A stretch of DNA of 64,000 bases from an uncultured Candidatus Sumerlaeota bacterium (GTDB lineage Bacteria; CAYMEV01): assembly GCA_964389675.1 (NCBI GenBank), contig CAYMEV010000002.1, positions 124,001-188,000 of the forward strand, read 5' to 3'. Under the pieces are notes generated by a model. It saw only the letters and a program-made list of their open reading frames with translations, had not been told where the DNA came from and made no database searches. Positions 1-10,813 of the stretch are shown here, one piece after another (position 1 is the stretch's first letter; every line of letters begins with the position of its first letter). The translations under genes were made by a program, and so were the position numbers.

Positions 1-1
1 A

Positions 2-586
2 ATTAAATGGGATATCAGAACGCGTATTGATACAATTGATGAAGCCATAATGGAATCTATAAGGAAAGCAGGATGCTATAAAGTCCATATAGGAATCGAG
101 AGCGGTTCAGACAGGATACTTGAAAAGATGAATAAAGGTATTGATACTGCCGGGATTATAAAAACAGTCAATAATTTGAAGAAATATGGTTTTGAGGTTC
201 TCGGATACTTTATGATCGGATACGTGGGAGAAACGCTCGATGAGATAAATGAAACGATCAATTTCAGCCTCAGCCTTCCCCTGGACTGGGCTCATTACAA
301 TATAACACTTCCTGTACCGGCGGTGCCTCTTTTTGACGATGCAGTTGAAAAGCATATTATAGAAAAGGACTATTGGAGCAGGTATACACTTATGCTTGGA
401 GAGATAAAGCCGCCAGCCTATTTTAATGACAGCGGGCTTTCAGCTGAAGAGCTTGAGGATCTGCTAAAAAATGCATACCGCAGGTTTTATCTTAGACCTT
501 CCAGGATCCTTAACTGCACCATCAAAATGCTTGATAAGGATAGAATAAAAAATGGATTATCAGGGCTGTTTCAGCTTTTGAGGTAA
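2..586 (+). CDS. Radical SAM protein, probably B12-binding class (C-terminal part; 5' truncated by the window)
   Basis: Frame open from position 2 (IKWDIRTRIDTIDE...). Motifs AGCYKVHIGIESGSDRILEKMNKG and GYFMIGYVGET are typical of class B radical SAM C-terminal halves. Confidence 0.8.
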   Translation: MKWDIRTRIDTIDEAIMESIRKAGCYKVHIGIESGSDRILEKMNKGIDTAGIIKTVNNLKKYGFEVLGYFMIGYVGETLDEINETINFSLSLPLDWAHYNITLPVPAVPLFDDAVEKHIIEKDYWSRYTLMLGEIKPPAYFNDSGLSAEELEDLLKNAYRRFYLRPSRILNCTIKMLDKDRIKNGLSGLFQLLR

Positions 587-591
587 AATAA

Positions 592-1029
592 ATGGAGTAT
601 ACTGTAAAAAATGAAGATGAACTGGCCGGTATTGCTTCAGTAATCCATGGATCTGTAAAAAGGGGTGATATTGTTGTCTTTGATGGGGAGCTTGGTGCAG
701 GCAAGACTGCCCTGATAAAAAGAATCTGCAAACTTTACGGCATTGAGAGTAATAAGGTAAAGAGCCCTTCCTTCAGCATACATAATGTCTACCTCGGTCC
801 TGAAATAATTGTAAATCATTATGACCTCTACAGGCTGTCAGATATTGAGGACCTTAGCATGCTTAATATTTTTGAAAACATTGAGAATTCTATTACTTTA
901 ATAGAATGGGGAGGCAGGTTTATTGAATACTTCTATGAGAACTGCAGGCTGATTATTACTATAAGGTATATTGAAAACCTTAATGAAGGCAGAAGGGTTT
1001 ATATTAGAAAAGGTGGGAAAGAGGGGTAA
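592..1029 (+). CDS. tsaE: tRNA threonylcarbamoyladenosine biosynthesis ATPase TsaE
   Basis: GELGAGKT Walker A, VKSPSF, HYDLYRL and IEWG motifs; 145 aa. Confidence 0.95.
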   Translation: MEYTVKNEDELAGIASVIHGSVKRGDIVVFDGELGAGKTALIKRICKLYGIESNKVKSPSFSIHNVYLGPEIIVNHYDLYRLSDIEDLSMLNIFENIENSITLIEWGGRFIEYFYENCRLIITIRYIENLNEGRRVYIRKGGKEG

Positions 1030-1042
1030 GAACCCCTCTTTT
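1018..1042. terminator. Probable bidirectional intrinsic terminator between convergent tsaE and gdhA
   Basis: AAAGAGGGGT-AAGA-ACCCCTCTTT, 10-bp perfect stem. Confidence 0.65.
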
Positions 1043-1047
1043 AAGTC

Positions 1048-2331
1048 TTATAGCCAGCCTCTTAACTTACATGATTTTTCAACTCTGTGAACGGCTATCA
1101 TATATGCTGCATCCCTCATGTAGACATTCTTTTCTTTTGCCAGATCGTAGACACCCTCATAAGCTACAGTCATCTTTGTATCCAGTTTTTCCAGGACTTC
1201 CTTTTCTGACCAGTAATAATTCATATTATTCTGTACGCCTTCGAAATATGAACATATAACACCGCCGGCATTGCACAGGAAATCAGGTATCAGATGCACT
1301 TTCTTGCTGTAGATCACCTCATCTGCATCCTGCGTTGTAGGGCCATTTGCAGCTTCAGCTATTATTTTTACCCTGGAGAAATCTATGTCGTTTACATTGT
1401 CCTTTCTGAGAACGCCTTCTGTTGCAGCAGGAACAAGGATATCAACGGATTGTGAAAGCCATGCGCCTCCATCCAGAATCTCATATCCTGCCTTTTTTGC
1501 CTTTTCTTTATCGATCGAACCGAATTTGTCAGTTATTGATTTAAGGTACCCGGCATCAATCCCGTCCCTTTTCTTGAATGTATAAGGTTTCTTGTCTATA
1601 TTGTCCCAGCATGAAACAGCAATGACCTTTCCTCCTAACTGAGTAAAAAGGAGTGCAGCATATTGGCCTACATTCCCGAATCCCTGGATAGAACATGTTT
1701 TACCGTCGATATTCTCGCCCATTTTCTTTAAAGCTTCTCTGATCGTATAGATAGCGCCAAAACCTGTTGCCTGTGTCCTGCCCAGTGAACCGCCATAATT
1801 TGCAATTTTTCCTGTTATTACGCCTGGCTGCTTGCATCTTGCAATTGTCTCATATTCATCCATGAGCCACATCATATGCTGTGCATTGGTCATTACATCC
1901 GGTGCAGGAACATCATTGTTAGGACCTACTATATCAAATATTTTTCTCATGAAGCCTCTGCAAAGCTTTTCCTGTTCGGTATCGCTCATTTCCCTGGGAT
2001 CACATATTATGCCGCCTTTTCCGCCTCCAAGAGGGATATCTGATACCGCACATTTCCATGTCATCCATGTTGCTAAAGCTCTAACAGTATCAACTGTTTC
2101 TTCCGGATGGAACCTGATCCCTCCCTTTGCTGGCCCTCTTGCTGTATTATGCTGTATTCTGAATCCTTTGAAGACCTTAACCTTACCATCATCCATCCTG
2201 ACAGGGATTGTGATATGCATCTCTCTCTCAGGCCAGAGAAGAAGCTCTATAGTGCTTGCATCTAATTTTAATTGTTCCGCAACCTTTAAAAATTGATTCT
2301 GGGCCATCTTAAATGGATTCAAGTGTCCCAT
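1048..2331 (-). CDS. gdhA: Glu/Leu/Phe/Val dehydrogenase (glutamate dehydrogenase)
   Basis: RGPAKGGIRFHP, GGGKGG, DVPAPD, GFGNVG, EAANGPTT, PDFLCNAGGV; AGGAGG RBS. Confidence 0.93.
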   Translation of the reverse strand: MGHLNPFKMAQNQFLKVAEQLKLDASTIELLLWPEREMHITIPVRMDDGKVKVFKGFRIQHNTARGPAKGGIRFHPEETVDTVRALATWMTWKCAVSDIPLGGGKGGIICDPREMSDTEQEKLCRGFMRKIFDIVGPNNDVPAPDVMTNAQHMMWLMDEYETIARCKQPGVITGKIANYGGSLGRTQATGFGAIYTIREALKKMGENIDGKTCSIQGFGNVGQYAALLFTQLGGKVIAVSCWDNIDKKPYTFKKRDGIDAGYLKSITDKFGSIDKEKAKKAGYEILDGGAWLSQSVDILVPAATEGVLRKDNVNDIDFSRVKIIAEAANGPTTQDADEVIYSKKVHLIPDFLCNAGGVICSYFEGVQNNMNYYWSEKEVLEKLDTKMTVAYEGVYDLAKEKNVYMRDAAYMIAVHRVEKSCKLRGWL

Positions 2332-2505
2332 ATTATACCTCCTTTTGTGAAAACATATTATATTTAGTCATACCTTATCGGTTTGCTATCTTCTATAATA
2401 TGCAACTAAAAAATTTGTAAAGAAAAAGTTTATTGATATTTTATTATTTTAAGGTTTATATAAACTTCAGTAATATTTATTCAAAATAGAGGGGTCATTC
2501 ATTAA

Positions 2506-3465
2506 ATGCTTAGCAGAAACGAATATTTGAAATTCAGCAGTTTCCTGGATAATAAAAGGAGTGTTCTAATTGCCGGCCACAGGAACCCGGACGGTGATTC
2601 AGTATCAGCAATAATTGCTTTAAGGATCTACCTTGACAGAAAAAATATTGAAAGCGTTATGGTAACATTTGATGATATACCTAAAGAATATGCCAGCCTC
2701 CCGTACAGCACTGAATTCACGAGAGGCGAAAATGTCAGGGGGGAATTTGATGCTCTGGTGCTGTTTGAATGCGATTCATTCGAGAGGAGCGGGTTAAATG
2801 GCTATTCGTCAATTCCCTCAATGAATATTGATCATCATATATCGGGAAAAGAATTCGCTGAGGTGAATATTATTGATCCCTCAGCTTCAAGTGTCTGTGA
2901 AATGATCTTTTATTGCCTTCTATACAGCGGTTTCGATCTAAATGAGGAAATAGCAAGAGCTTTGTTTACAGGAATTGCGTCAGACACAGGCTTTTTCAGG
3001 TTTTCAAATACAACATCAGATACCTTTTATGCTGTTATGAGCCTTATGAAATTCGGAATCGAGATAAACAGGATATATAAAGAGATATATGAAAATTACT
3101 CATTATCAAGACTCAGGCTTATAGGGCATATACTGTACACAGGCAAATTCTATGAAGATATAGGCACATTATGTGCTGTGCTGAACAAAGAATATATTGA
3201 TACCTATAATATAAAAAAGACAGATCTCGAGGGTATTATAAACTACATGCTTTTGAGCAGTGACCTGGATATAGCTGTCCTTATCAAGGAATTTGTAAAA
3301 GATGAATGTTTTGTGTCACTTCGGTCTAAATCCATTGCAGATGTAGGCGAAATTGCTGGCAGTTTTAATGGTGGAGGCCACAGGCAGGCAGCTGGATTTT
3401 TCATGAAAAAACCCCCGGAAGTAACTGAAAGGATACTGATTAAGGCTATAAAGAAGAGAAAATGA
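2506..3465 (+). CDS. nrnA: DHH/DHHA1 phosphoesterase (NrnA-like oligoribonuclease/pAp phosphatase)
   Basis: HRNPDGD, NIDHH, DTGFF, SLRS and GGGHRQAAG motifs. Confidence 0.88.
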   Translation: MLSRNEYLKFSSFLDNKRSVLIAGHRNPDGDSVSAIIALRIYLDRKNIESVMVTFDDIPKEYASLPYSTEFTRGENVRGEFDALVLFECDSFERSGLNGYSSIPSMNIDHHISGKEFAEVNIIDPSASSVCEMIFYCLLYSGFDLNEEIARALFTGIASDTGFFRFSNTTSDTFYAVMSLMKFGIEINRIYKEIYENYSLSRLRLIGHILYTGKFYEDIGTLCAVLNKEYIDTYNIKKTDLEGIINYMLLSSDLDIAVLIKEFVKDECFVSLRSKSIADVGEIAGSFNGGGHRQAAGFFMKKPPEVTERILIKAIKKRK

Positions 3466-6400
3466 TTGAAGAGATCAAAGATCTAATCCCGGACAGGTTT
3501 CAAGACCCCAGGATCCTGGGATCGGGAAGTGCATCCAGTGTCTTTAAGGCCTGGGATCAGAAGCAGCAAAGATTTGTGGCTGTTAAAATTGCAAAGAAAG
3601 AGGAATTCTCAGGGCACGTTAAAAAGGATTTTGAGATCCTGAGCGATCTGAACCATCCCAACCTTTGCAGGGTTTACTCAATTGATGTTCACAAAGAGGA
3701 AGGACTTGTCGTATTATACCTTGAGTACATTGACGGAATTGATATATTGCAGGCAAGTGTGCCCCTGGATTTTGCACTGCTTGCCAGAAGACTCAAGGAG
3801 ATACTTCTGGCTCTCGATTATATTCATTCAAAAGGCCTTGTCCATCTCGATATAAAGATAAAAAATATCCTTGTTCAGAAAAATAAAAGATGGACAGATG
3901 GCGAGATAAAGATTCTTGATTTTGGCATATCAAAGAAGGTCAGTGATCTGGATGGAAGCAATATATCCGGGACAGTTCATTACATAGCTCCGGAACAATT
4001 TCTCGGAAACAGGATCAGCCAAAAAGCAGACCTTTTTTCTCTTGGAGTTCTATTATACAGGATTATTACCACAAGATTCCCATTTGAAGGAAAAAGCATC
4101 AATCAGGTGATGCAGAATATTATTAATGCTACCCCGATTCTGCCATATATCCTCAATCCTAATATACCATACTATATGAACATGATAATTGAAAATTTAC
4201 TGCAGAAGGATCCCGGGCAGAGATTTGATTCAGCCAGGGAGATCCTGGATATACTTAATTCATATTCAGAATCCTATGACAAACACTTCAGCTATACAAG
4301 CGGAATAATGCACCCTTCTCCTTTTGTCGGAAGAGATGACCTCATTGGACGTATAGACAGCGATATATCCGCATATTTCAATGGGGAAAATCAGCAGGAT
4401 TTTATAGTGCTTTATGGTGAAAAAGGAATAGGGAAGACATCTGTTTTGAACAAAATAAACAATATCCTTCTGCTTAAAGGCTATGGCTCGCAGATTTATA
4501 ATCCCAGGACTGACAGTAAAATCCCTTATGAGATGATCTTTGACCTGCTGACGCTTTTTATGGATACAAGCATGGGTTTCGAATACAAAGGACATATTGA
4601 AAGGCTTTTCGATGAGTATTATTCTGGAATAAAGGAAAGCATATTCCTGAACAGGAACAGGATCTTTGAAAGCCTGATCGAGTTTTTTAAATCAGTTTCT
4701 GCAGATACCAGATGTGTATTTCTTATTGATGATTTTGAACTTTCAGGGAAAAGCGATATTGATCTTCTGAACAATCTGATACCGGCTATAATGAGAGGGA
4801 AAAATTTCGTTTTTCTTGTAACCTGTGATGAGTCTGATTATCGCCATATTTCTAGGAACCTGTCTTTTCCGGTAAAGGATTTCAAGATCGGAGCCCTTAG
4901 TGAAAATCAGACAATAGGGATTATTGAGACTATTTCAGGCAACCACAATATCCCTCAGGCAATAAAAAGGTATATTCTGGAAAATTCAGGAGGAAATCCG
5001 ACATTTATTGTAGAGCTTTTCAGGCATATCTGGTCAGATTATATAAAAGATCTTAGCGTAGACCACATTTTCAGAAATGAAATGCCGGTCACCAACAAAT
5101 TCAGGTTTGTATTTGACAGAAAGATCAAGGAACTGAAATCCGATGAATTGCTTCTATTAAGATATGCGGCATTATTCAACCTTCCTTTCAGGGTCAGCAC
5201 TATTTCTGAGCTTCTGGAAAAAAGAATAAAGAATGTCCCTGAAGTGATAGAGGGGCTTATAAATAAGGATATCCTTGAGCATATGCAGGGTGAAAGATTT
5301 ATTAGAAGTAAAAGGAGAATTTACAATATAATTATTAAAGAGGGGATAGATAAAAATGCCTACAGGGAGATACATCGTAAGATTGCTTTATTTCTGGAGA
5401 GAAAGAAACCAGACAACCCTGTGGTTCCAGATGAAGAAATTGCATATCACTTCATAGAGGCCCGGGATGCAACAAGAATGGATTTCGTTCTATCAGTTAT
5501 AGACAGTATATTCAGGAAGGGGAGCTTAAGCCAGTCTATATCCATGATTGAATCAATCCTTGAATTTGTCAGCACTGATGATCCATATTTTGAAAACATT
5601 GTGGATAGATATTTTGTGAGTCAGTATTATTCAGGCAATTATAAAATACTGCTTCGCTATTTATCTGATCTGAGCAGTGAAGCTAAATCAAAAGGCATAT
5701 TGTCGCATAAGATAAAGCTGTACCAGGCAAAGGTATATAATGAGCTCCGCAGCTATACAGAGGGAATGAAGATTCTTGAGGAATTAGGAAAGCATATTGA
5801 TCAGGATACAGACCCGGCTTTTCGTTATGACTACCTGATCACCAGATTTATAATGAGTTTCAGGTACATGGCTTATGCTGATTCTGGAGACGAGCTTCTG
5901 GATGATGTAATGAACTCTATGCAGAAAGATGACATGCCGGATAGAATTCTTTGCGAATATAAGATGGCCCTTGCAAATTACTATTATATCAGGCATAAGT
6001 TTAAGGAAGCACTTTCATACTGGATAGAAAGCTATAAATACTACAAAACTGTCAATGATCTTTACGGACTTTCAAGGACCAGTAATAATATATCCCTGAT
6101 CCACCTGAATAACGGCAATGTGAATAGTGCACTAAAATTTATGAATGAAAGCGCTGAGTATGACAGGCTTCTTGGCAATCTGCCTTCACTCGGGAAGACT
6201 TACGGTAATCTGGGGGTAATATACCAGCATAAACTTGAATTTTCAACCTCACTCAGGTATTACCTGGAATCTTTGAATATAAGGGAGAAGCTGGGGCTAT
6301 CTGAGGTCTATAAAATCTATAATAACATTATCTATATCTATTATGTATTAAACAGATATGACAGTGCATTCGAGCTGATCAGCAAAATAGAAAATGACAT

Positions 6401-7076
6401 AAAGAAAGAAAATAAACAGGAATTTTATAATACATATATTTCAAAAGCAAAATGCCTGATGGATATCAGTGATTATAACAATGCCCTTGATATACTTGAT
6501 GATATCTCTAAGCATCTGGATGAATGGAATTTCGAGATGAGTATGATCAGGATGAAATGCCTTTATTTTATTGCAGACATGGAGAATTTTGAGAAGATTT
6601 CAAAAACCATTATTCAAAGGCTGATATCCGGAGGAGATGCTCTTGAAGGCCATTCAAACAGTATATATGAATCCCTTGAATTTTTTTCCGAGAATAGATT
6701 TATTAATAATAAAAGCCCGTTAAAAGAAAAGTACCTAAGGCTAAAAATATCCAGGGCAAATTCAGCCTACAGGATAAATATCCTTTATTGCCTGAGCAAT
6801 ATAGAAGAGGACAGGTATTTATGCCTGGAATACTTATCTAATGCAATAAGGTTCGAGAAAAGGATAGGAAGGCCCCTTAGCCTTTTAAAACTTTACTACA
6901 GAAAATCAGAGATCTTATTCCAACTTGGCCAGAGAGATGCAGGTACTGAGACCCTGAAGATGGCTAATTATTACTTCAGGCAGCTCAGGACCAATATACC
7001 ATGCAAGTATATGGATTATTTCAATAACTCACCATTCTATAAGAATTATATTGAAAGCTTTCAGGAGCTGTGCTGA
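3462..7076 (+). CDS. Ser/Thr protein kinase - P-loop ATPase - TPR protein
   Basis: Kinase motifs LGSGSAS, VAVK, HLDIKIKN, DFG, YIAPE; FVGR; Walker A GEKGIGKT; LIDD; GGNP; C-terminal TPRs (YGNLGVIYQ). ATGA overlap with nrnA. Confidence 0.85.
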   Translation: MIEEIKDLIPDRFQDPRILGSGSASSVFKAWDQKQQRFVAVKIAKKEEFSGHVKKDFEILSDLNHPNLCRVYSIDVHKEEGLVVLYLEYIDGIDILQASVPLDFALLARRLKEILLALDYIHSKGLVHLDIKIKNILVQKNKRWTDGEIKILDFGISKKVSDLDGSNISGTVHYIAPEQFLGNRISQKADLFSLGVLLYRIITTRFPFEGKSINQVMQNIINATPILPYILNPNIPYYMNMIIENLLQKDPGQRFDSAREILDILNSYSESYDKHFSYTSGIMHPSPFVGRDDLIGRIDSDISAYFNGENQQDFIVLYGEKGIGKTSVLNKINNILLLKGYGSQIYNPRTDSKIPYEMIFDLLTLFMDTSMGFEYKGHIERLFDEYYSGIKESIFLNRNRIFESLIEFFKSVSADTRCVFLIDDFELSGKSDIDLLNNLIPAIMRGKNFVFLVTCDESDYRHISRNLSFPVKDFKIGALSENQTIGIIETISGNHNIPQAIKRYILENSGGNPTFIVELFRHIWSDYIKDLSVDHIFRNEMPVTNKFRFVFDRKIKELKSDELLLLRYAALFNLPFRVSTISELLEKRIKNVPEVIEGLINKDILEHMQGERFIRSKRRIYNIIIKEGIDKNAYREIHRKIALFLERKKPDNPVVPDEEIAYHFIEARDATRMDFVLSVIDSIFRKGSLSQSISMIESILEFVSTDDPYFENIVDRYFVSQYYSGNYKILLRYLSDLSSEAKSKGILSHKIKLYQAKVYNELRSYTEGMKILEELGKHIDQDTDPAFRYDYLITRFIMSFRYMAYADSGDELLDDVMNSMQKDDMPDRILCEYKMALANYYYIRHKFKEALSYWIESYKYYKTVNDLYGLSRTSNNISLIHLNNGNVNSALKFMNESAEYDRLLGNLPSLGKTYGNLGVIYQHKLEFSTSLRYYLESLNIREKLGLSEVYKIYNNIIYIYYVLNRYDSAFELISKIENDIKKENKQEFYNTYISKAKCLMDISDYNNALDILDDISKHLDEWNFEMSMIRMKCLYFIADMENFEKISKTIIQRLISGGDALEGHSNSIYESLEFFSENRFINNKSPLKEKYLRLKISRANSAYRINILYCLSNIEEDRYLCLEYLSNAIRFEKRIGRPLSLLKLYYRKSEILFQLGQRDAGTETLKMANYYFRQLRTNIPCKYMDYFNNSPFYKNYIESFQELC

Positions 7077-7087
7077 TTGCCCGGCTA

Positions 7088-7116
7088 TTGACTTTTTAAA
7101 TAAAATTTGATATAAT
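7088..7116 (+). promoter_or_regulatory. sigma70-type promoter for the 7168/10814 operon
   Basis: TTGACT-N17-TATAAT with extended -10 TG; AAGGAG RBS before the ATG. Confidence 0.75.
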
Positions 7117-7167
7117 ACTACACGGATTTATAAGTTTTCCTGTTTATAAATTTTTTTAAGGAGATTC

Positions 7168-10100
7168 ATGATGCATAATAAACCCAAACAGTTTCTTATT
7201 ATGTTGTTTTTTGCCCTTTTTATATTTTTTATCAGTATGACCGGATATTCTGATACGGAAATTGGAGATGAAATAGACTTCTATATTGGAAACTGGCATA
7301 TTTCAGGGGCGGTCACTGATATTGACATAAATATCACTGTTGACGGCTGGGTTGAAGTTGAGGGAGTCGGGATCCTGAGCCTTACAGGATTAAAAATATC
7401 AGCACTTGATTATATGAACAATGGTGATATCATAGTCACTGACAGTGGTACTGTAAGCCTTCAGAATGCAGTATTTGGAGGCTTAAATATTACTTTTATC
7501 AGCGGGCATATTGATTCTGGCCATATTTATGGAAATGCAGTCCTGAACACTTCCAATGGTGTATTGGATCTTACCTTTGATATAATGGCTGGCCAGAATT
7601 TCAGCTTTACTGTTGCTTCCAAGGATCTCCAGTTTGGAAACCTGGTCCTGACCGGTTTCTATGGAAATATTACCAGTCAGGGTTTCTTTGGAACAGGCTT
7701 TGTGAATATCAACGGGTATAATGCTCAGATCAATGTATTTTGCGATCAGGACAATACAATGTACGCTTCTATGGAACAGGGGAGCTTTAGCATATCTGGC
7801 ATTGCCTTTTCTAATGTCAGTCTTTACATAGATTCCCAGGGAAATGTCCAGGGCAGCGGCAATGCTTTAATACCAGCCTTCGGGGATAATATAGCAGTCA
7901 GTATTATTTTTGACAGCAGCAGATTTATTTTTAATTTTTCCCTTCCGCTTATAGACATAAACGGGATTTATTTTAGAAATATCTCTGGATCACTTACAAA
8001 CAATGAGATCCTGCTGAATGGGGAGATCTATTTTCCTCAGACAGATACTGCCTATGGGATCATGGGACTCATAATTGATAAAAATGGTAATATCATCGAT
8101 AGTCCAGTATTCTATTTTGAGAACCTGGCTGTCGGCGATATTCTGCTCAGTGGGCAGATGCGGATTACCGATGAAGGTTATCATATAATAACTGCTCAAG
8201 TGGCATTCTGTGATACTCTTTTGACAGTTACCAATATGAAGCTTTCAAGCAGTCTTGAGCTTCTGTATGCCGACAGTATCAGCCTTCAGAATCTTAGCAT
8301 AGGAGATCTTTTAATAAATGGGAGCGCTTCTCTGTCAGTCAGCCCGTTCCAGCTTGCTATCGATGGCCAGCTGTCACATCAGAACTGGAACATTTCTGTA
8401 ACAGCCTTTCACCTGGACCAGGATGGAAATATTTTAAGTTTCGGTTCTGCAACAGGCGAATTCAATATTGATGGTTATATTTTCACCTGCATTGTCCAGT
8501 TTGAGAACCAGAACCTGCTGGATTTCTTGCTGACCATAACAATCCCTTCTGTTACCATTGACGGGTGGACTCTGAAGACTGCACAGATAAGAATCTCAAG
8601 TGACGGATTCGAGATAGTCTCTGCACTGCTTTATTACATGGATGCAAGCCTTTCAGTCACCAATATGGTTTTTGACCACCAGTGGAATATAATCTCAATG
8701 GATAATATCTCAGTCAGTAATATTAATATCGGGCAGCTGACCTTTAACGGGAGTGCATATATTCAGTCCCAGCCCAGGGCTTTTGTGTTCTCTGGCAATA
8801 TTGGAAATCCTCCTTTCAGCATGATTTCTGTTGAGGAATTTCAAATGAATGAAAGCGGAGAGATAATGGATGCAGGAACTATTGGTGCTTCAGTAATACT
8901 GGGTGATCTTAGTTTCTATGGAATTGTTGAATTTGAAGGCAGCTCTGTATCAGATTATTTGCTGGTAATGTCCTCCGATGAAATTGTTTTGGGTGATATC
9001 ATAATATATAATTTTGAGGGCAGCATTTCCTCTGCAGGATTTGCCGGGACAGGCAGGCTTGTATTCAACAGCAGTGATTATATGGTCATAAATTTCGCTG
9101 TTTCTGATGAGGGAATATTTACAGGAGGGATCACTGACGGTTCCATTACACTGGGATCTGTCCTTATAAACAATATAAATATCAGTATAGATAAGCAGGG
9201 CCTTGTCTTTGCATCAGCACAGGGGACTTTTCCCTTTTTGACGGAATCAGTGCTTTCATTGGGATTTGAATTCTCACAATCAGGATATATTATATTGTCT
9301 GCTTCGGCAAGCCAGGTCAATCTGGACTATTTTATAATCCGGAATGTCAGTATCGTACTGGAGGATGATTTAATTGCCATATCAGGAAATGCTGAATTTA
9401 CTTCCCTGGGAGGTGCGTCAGCATATGTAAACAGGATTGTATTTAATATGAACGGTGAGTTCGTAAGCGCAGAATCTTTCGGGGTTGAGAACCTGCTGAT
9501 AAATGGCTTTTACGTAAGCGGTGAGGCAACTGTCAATGATCAGGGCATACTGATATCCATTGGTGCTATAAACCTGAACAATACAGGTTTTAGCATAACA
9601 AACCTGCTTCTTGGCTGGAATGGAGATGTCATAAGCATGGACAGTTTTGCTGTAAGCGGGCTTTCAATCGGCGATTTCAGCTTCAGCGGCTCAGCAGTAC
9701 TTGTAAATTATCCCGAAAGCCTGACCCTCAGCGGTTCAATAACATTAAACAGCCTGGGTTATATTTCTGTAACTAATCTCTATATGGATAGCCAGTGGAA
9801 TATTATATCTGTTGATCAGGCATCAGCTTCAATAAGCATCCAGGATGTATCCATATCTGGAGAAGCAGCACTGTTTAAGGATATGGTCTATATAAGCGGC
9901 AGTGCCTCATTGCCATTCTTAAACGGTCCAATTGCATTCATGGCAGATATTATTAAGTCTGAAGACGGAAGCGGCATTTTCAATTCGGGATATGATCTTA
10001 TTGCTGGAGGTGTAAGCATACCGGAATTTCAGGTTGGTGGCTACAGCATTTTGAATTCATCTATTTACTTTGATACTGAGGGCATTGAAGGCGAGGGTGG

Positions 10101-10794
10101 GCTGGTACTTCCGCAGACTGCCAGCATAATGGTAAAGTATAAGTTCGGATGGGATGGAACATTTTATCATACCTATATTGCAGCAACAGGCATGAATATC
10201 CCACTTGGAAATTCAGGCCTTTTTCTGCAGGGTGCCGGTGGCGGACTTTATCACTATACAAACCCTGAAGAATGGGTGGTAGAGCTCTATGGAATGCTGG
10301 GCGATGTAACTCAGACATTACAGGGCGATGTTCTCCTGTCTGTCAGCGACCTTGGCGTAGTATCCGGCGTTGGCGGGCTTTATATACGCGGTATTGCCAT
10401 GGGTATGGCTTCTTTTGAATTCAATAATCCCGGAGAGGTCTTTACATGCCAGGCATGGCTTGGAGAGGATCCCAATCAGGGTTTGGACATATATTTTGCA
10501 TCCCTGAAAGGAGCAGTAGGATTTCAGAAGAACTGGGGGTATCAGTTTACAAGGGGATATGGCTATATAAGTGTTAATATTTACTTTTTGCCAGTATTAA
10601 GCGGTAAAGCATTCCTCTCGGATAATGGCGGATACCCTTCAAGCTGCTTTTTGCCCAGAGACGGGCTTTCAGCAGGTATTGAGGTTGGATTCTGGAACTG
10701 GAAGAAGGTTTATGGAGCAAGGGTTCTCTGGGACCCGTGGGATCTGGATGCATTTGAATGTTCAGAATTTCCTGATTATAGTACTAATTATTAG
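7168..10794 (+). CDS. Large secreted all-beta repeat protein, function unknown
   Basis: N-terminal signal peptide; acidic and Gly/Ile/Ser/Phe-rich; alternating hydrophobic beta-strand pattern; internal repeats. Confidence 0.75.
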   Translation: MMHNKPKQFLIMLFFALFIFFISMTGYSDTEIGDEIDFYIGNWHISGAVTDIDINITVDGWVEVEGVGILSLTGLKISALDYMNNGDIIVTDSGTVSLQNAVFGGLNITFISGHIDSGHIYGNAVLNTSNGVLDLTFDIMAGQNFSFTVASKDLQFGNLVLTGFYGNITSQGFFGTGFVNINGYNAQINVFCDQDNTMYASMEQGSFSISGIAFSNVSLYIDSQGNVQGSGNALIPAFGDNIAVSIIFDSSRFIFNFSLPLIDINGIYFRNISGSLTNNEILLNGEIYFPQTDTAYGIMGLIIDKNGNIIDSPVFYFENLAVGDILLSGQMRITDEGYHIITAQVAFCDTLLTVTNMKLSSSLELLYADSISLQNLSIGDLLINGSASLSVSPFQLAIDGQLSHQNWNISVTAFHLDQDGNILSFGSATGEFNIDGYIFTCIVQFENQNLLDFLLTITIPSVTIDGWTLKTAQIRISSDGFEIVSALLYYMDASLSVTNMVFDHQWNIISMDNISVSNINIGQLTFNGSAYIQSQPRAFVFSGNIGNPPFSMISVEEFQMNESGEIMDAGTIGASVILGDLSFYGIVEFEGSSVSDYLLVMSSDEIVLGDIIIYNFEGSISSAGFAGTGRLVFNSSDYMVINFAVSDEGIFTGGITDGSITLGSVLINNINISIDKQGLVFASAQGTFPFLTESVLSLGFEFSQSGYIILSASASQVNLDYFIIRNVSIVLEDDLIAISGNAEFTSLGGASAYVNRIVFNMNGEFVSAESFGVENLLINGFYVSGEATVNDQGILISIGAINLNNTGFSITNLLLGWNGDVISMDSFAVSGLSIGDFSFSGSAVLVNYPESLTLSGSITLNSLGYISVTNLYMDSQWNIISVDQASASISIQDVSISGEAALFKDMVYISGSASLPFLNGPIAFMADIIKSEDGSGIFNSGYDLIAGGVSIPEFQVGGYSILNSSIYFDTEGIEGEGGLVLPQTASIMVKYKFGWDGTFYHTYIAATGMNIPLGNSGLFLQGAGGGLYHYTNPEEWVVELYGMLGDVTQTLQGDVLLSVSDLGVVSGVGGLYIRGIAMGMASFEFNNPGEVFTCQAWLGEDPNQGLDIYFASLKGAVGFQKNWGYQFTRGYGYISVNIYFLPVLSGKAFLSDNGGYPSSCFLPRDGLSAGIEVGFWNWKKVYGARVLWDPWDLDAFECSEFPDYSTNY

Positions 10795-10813
10795 GCAGTA
10801 AAGGAGAAAGATA

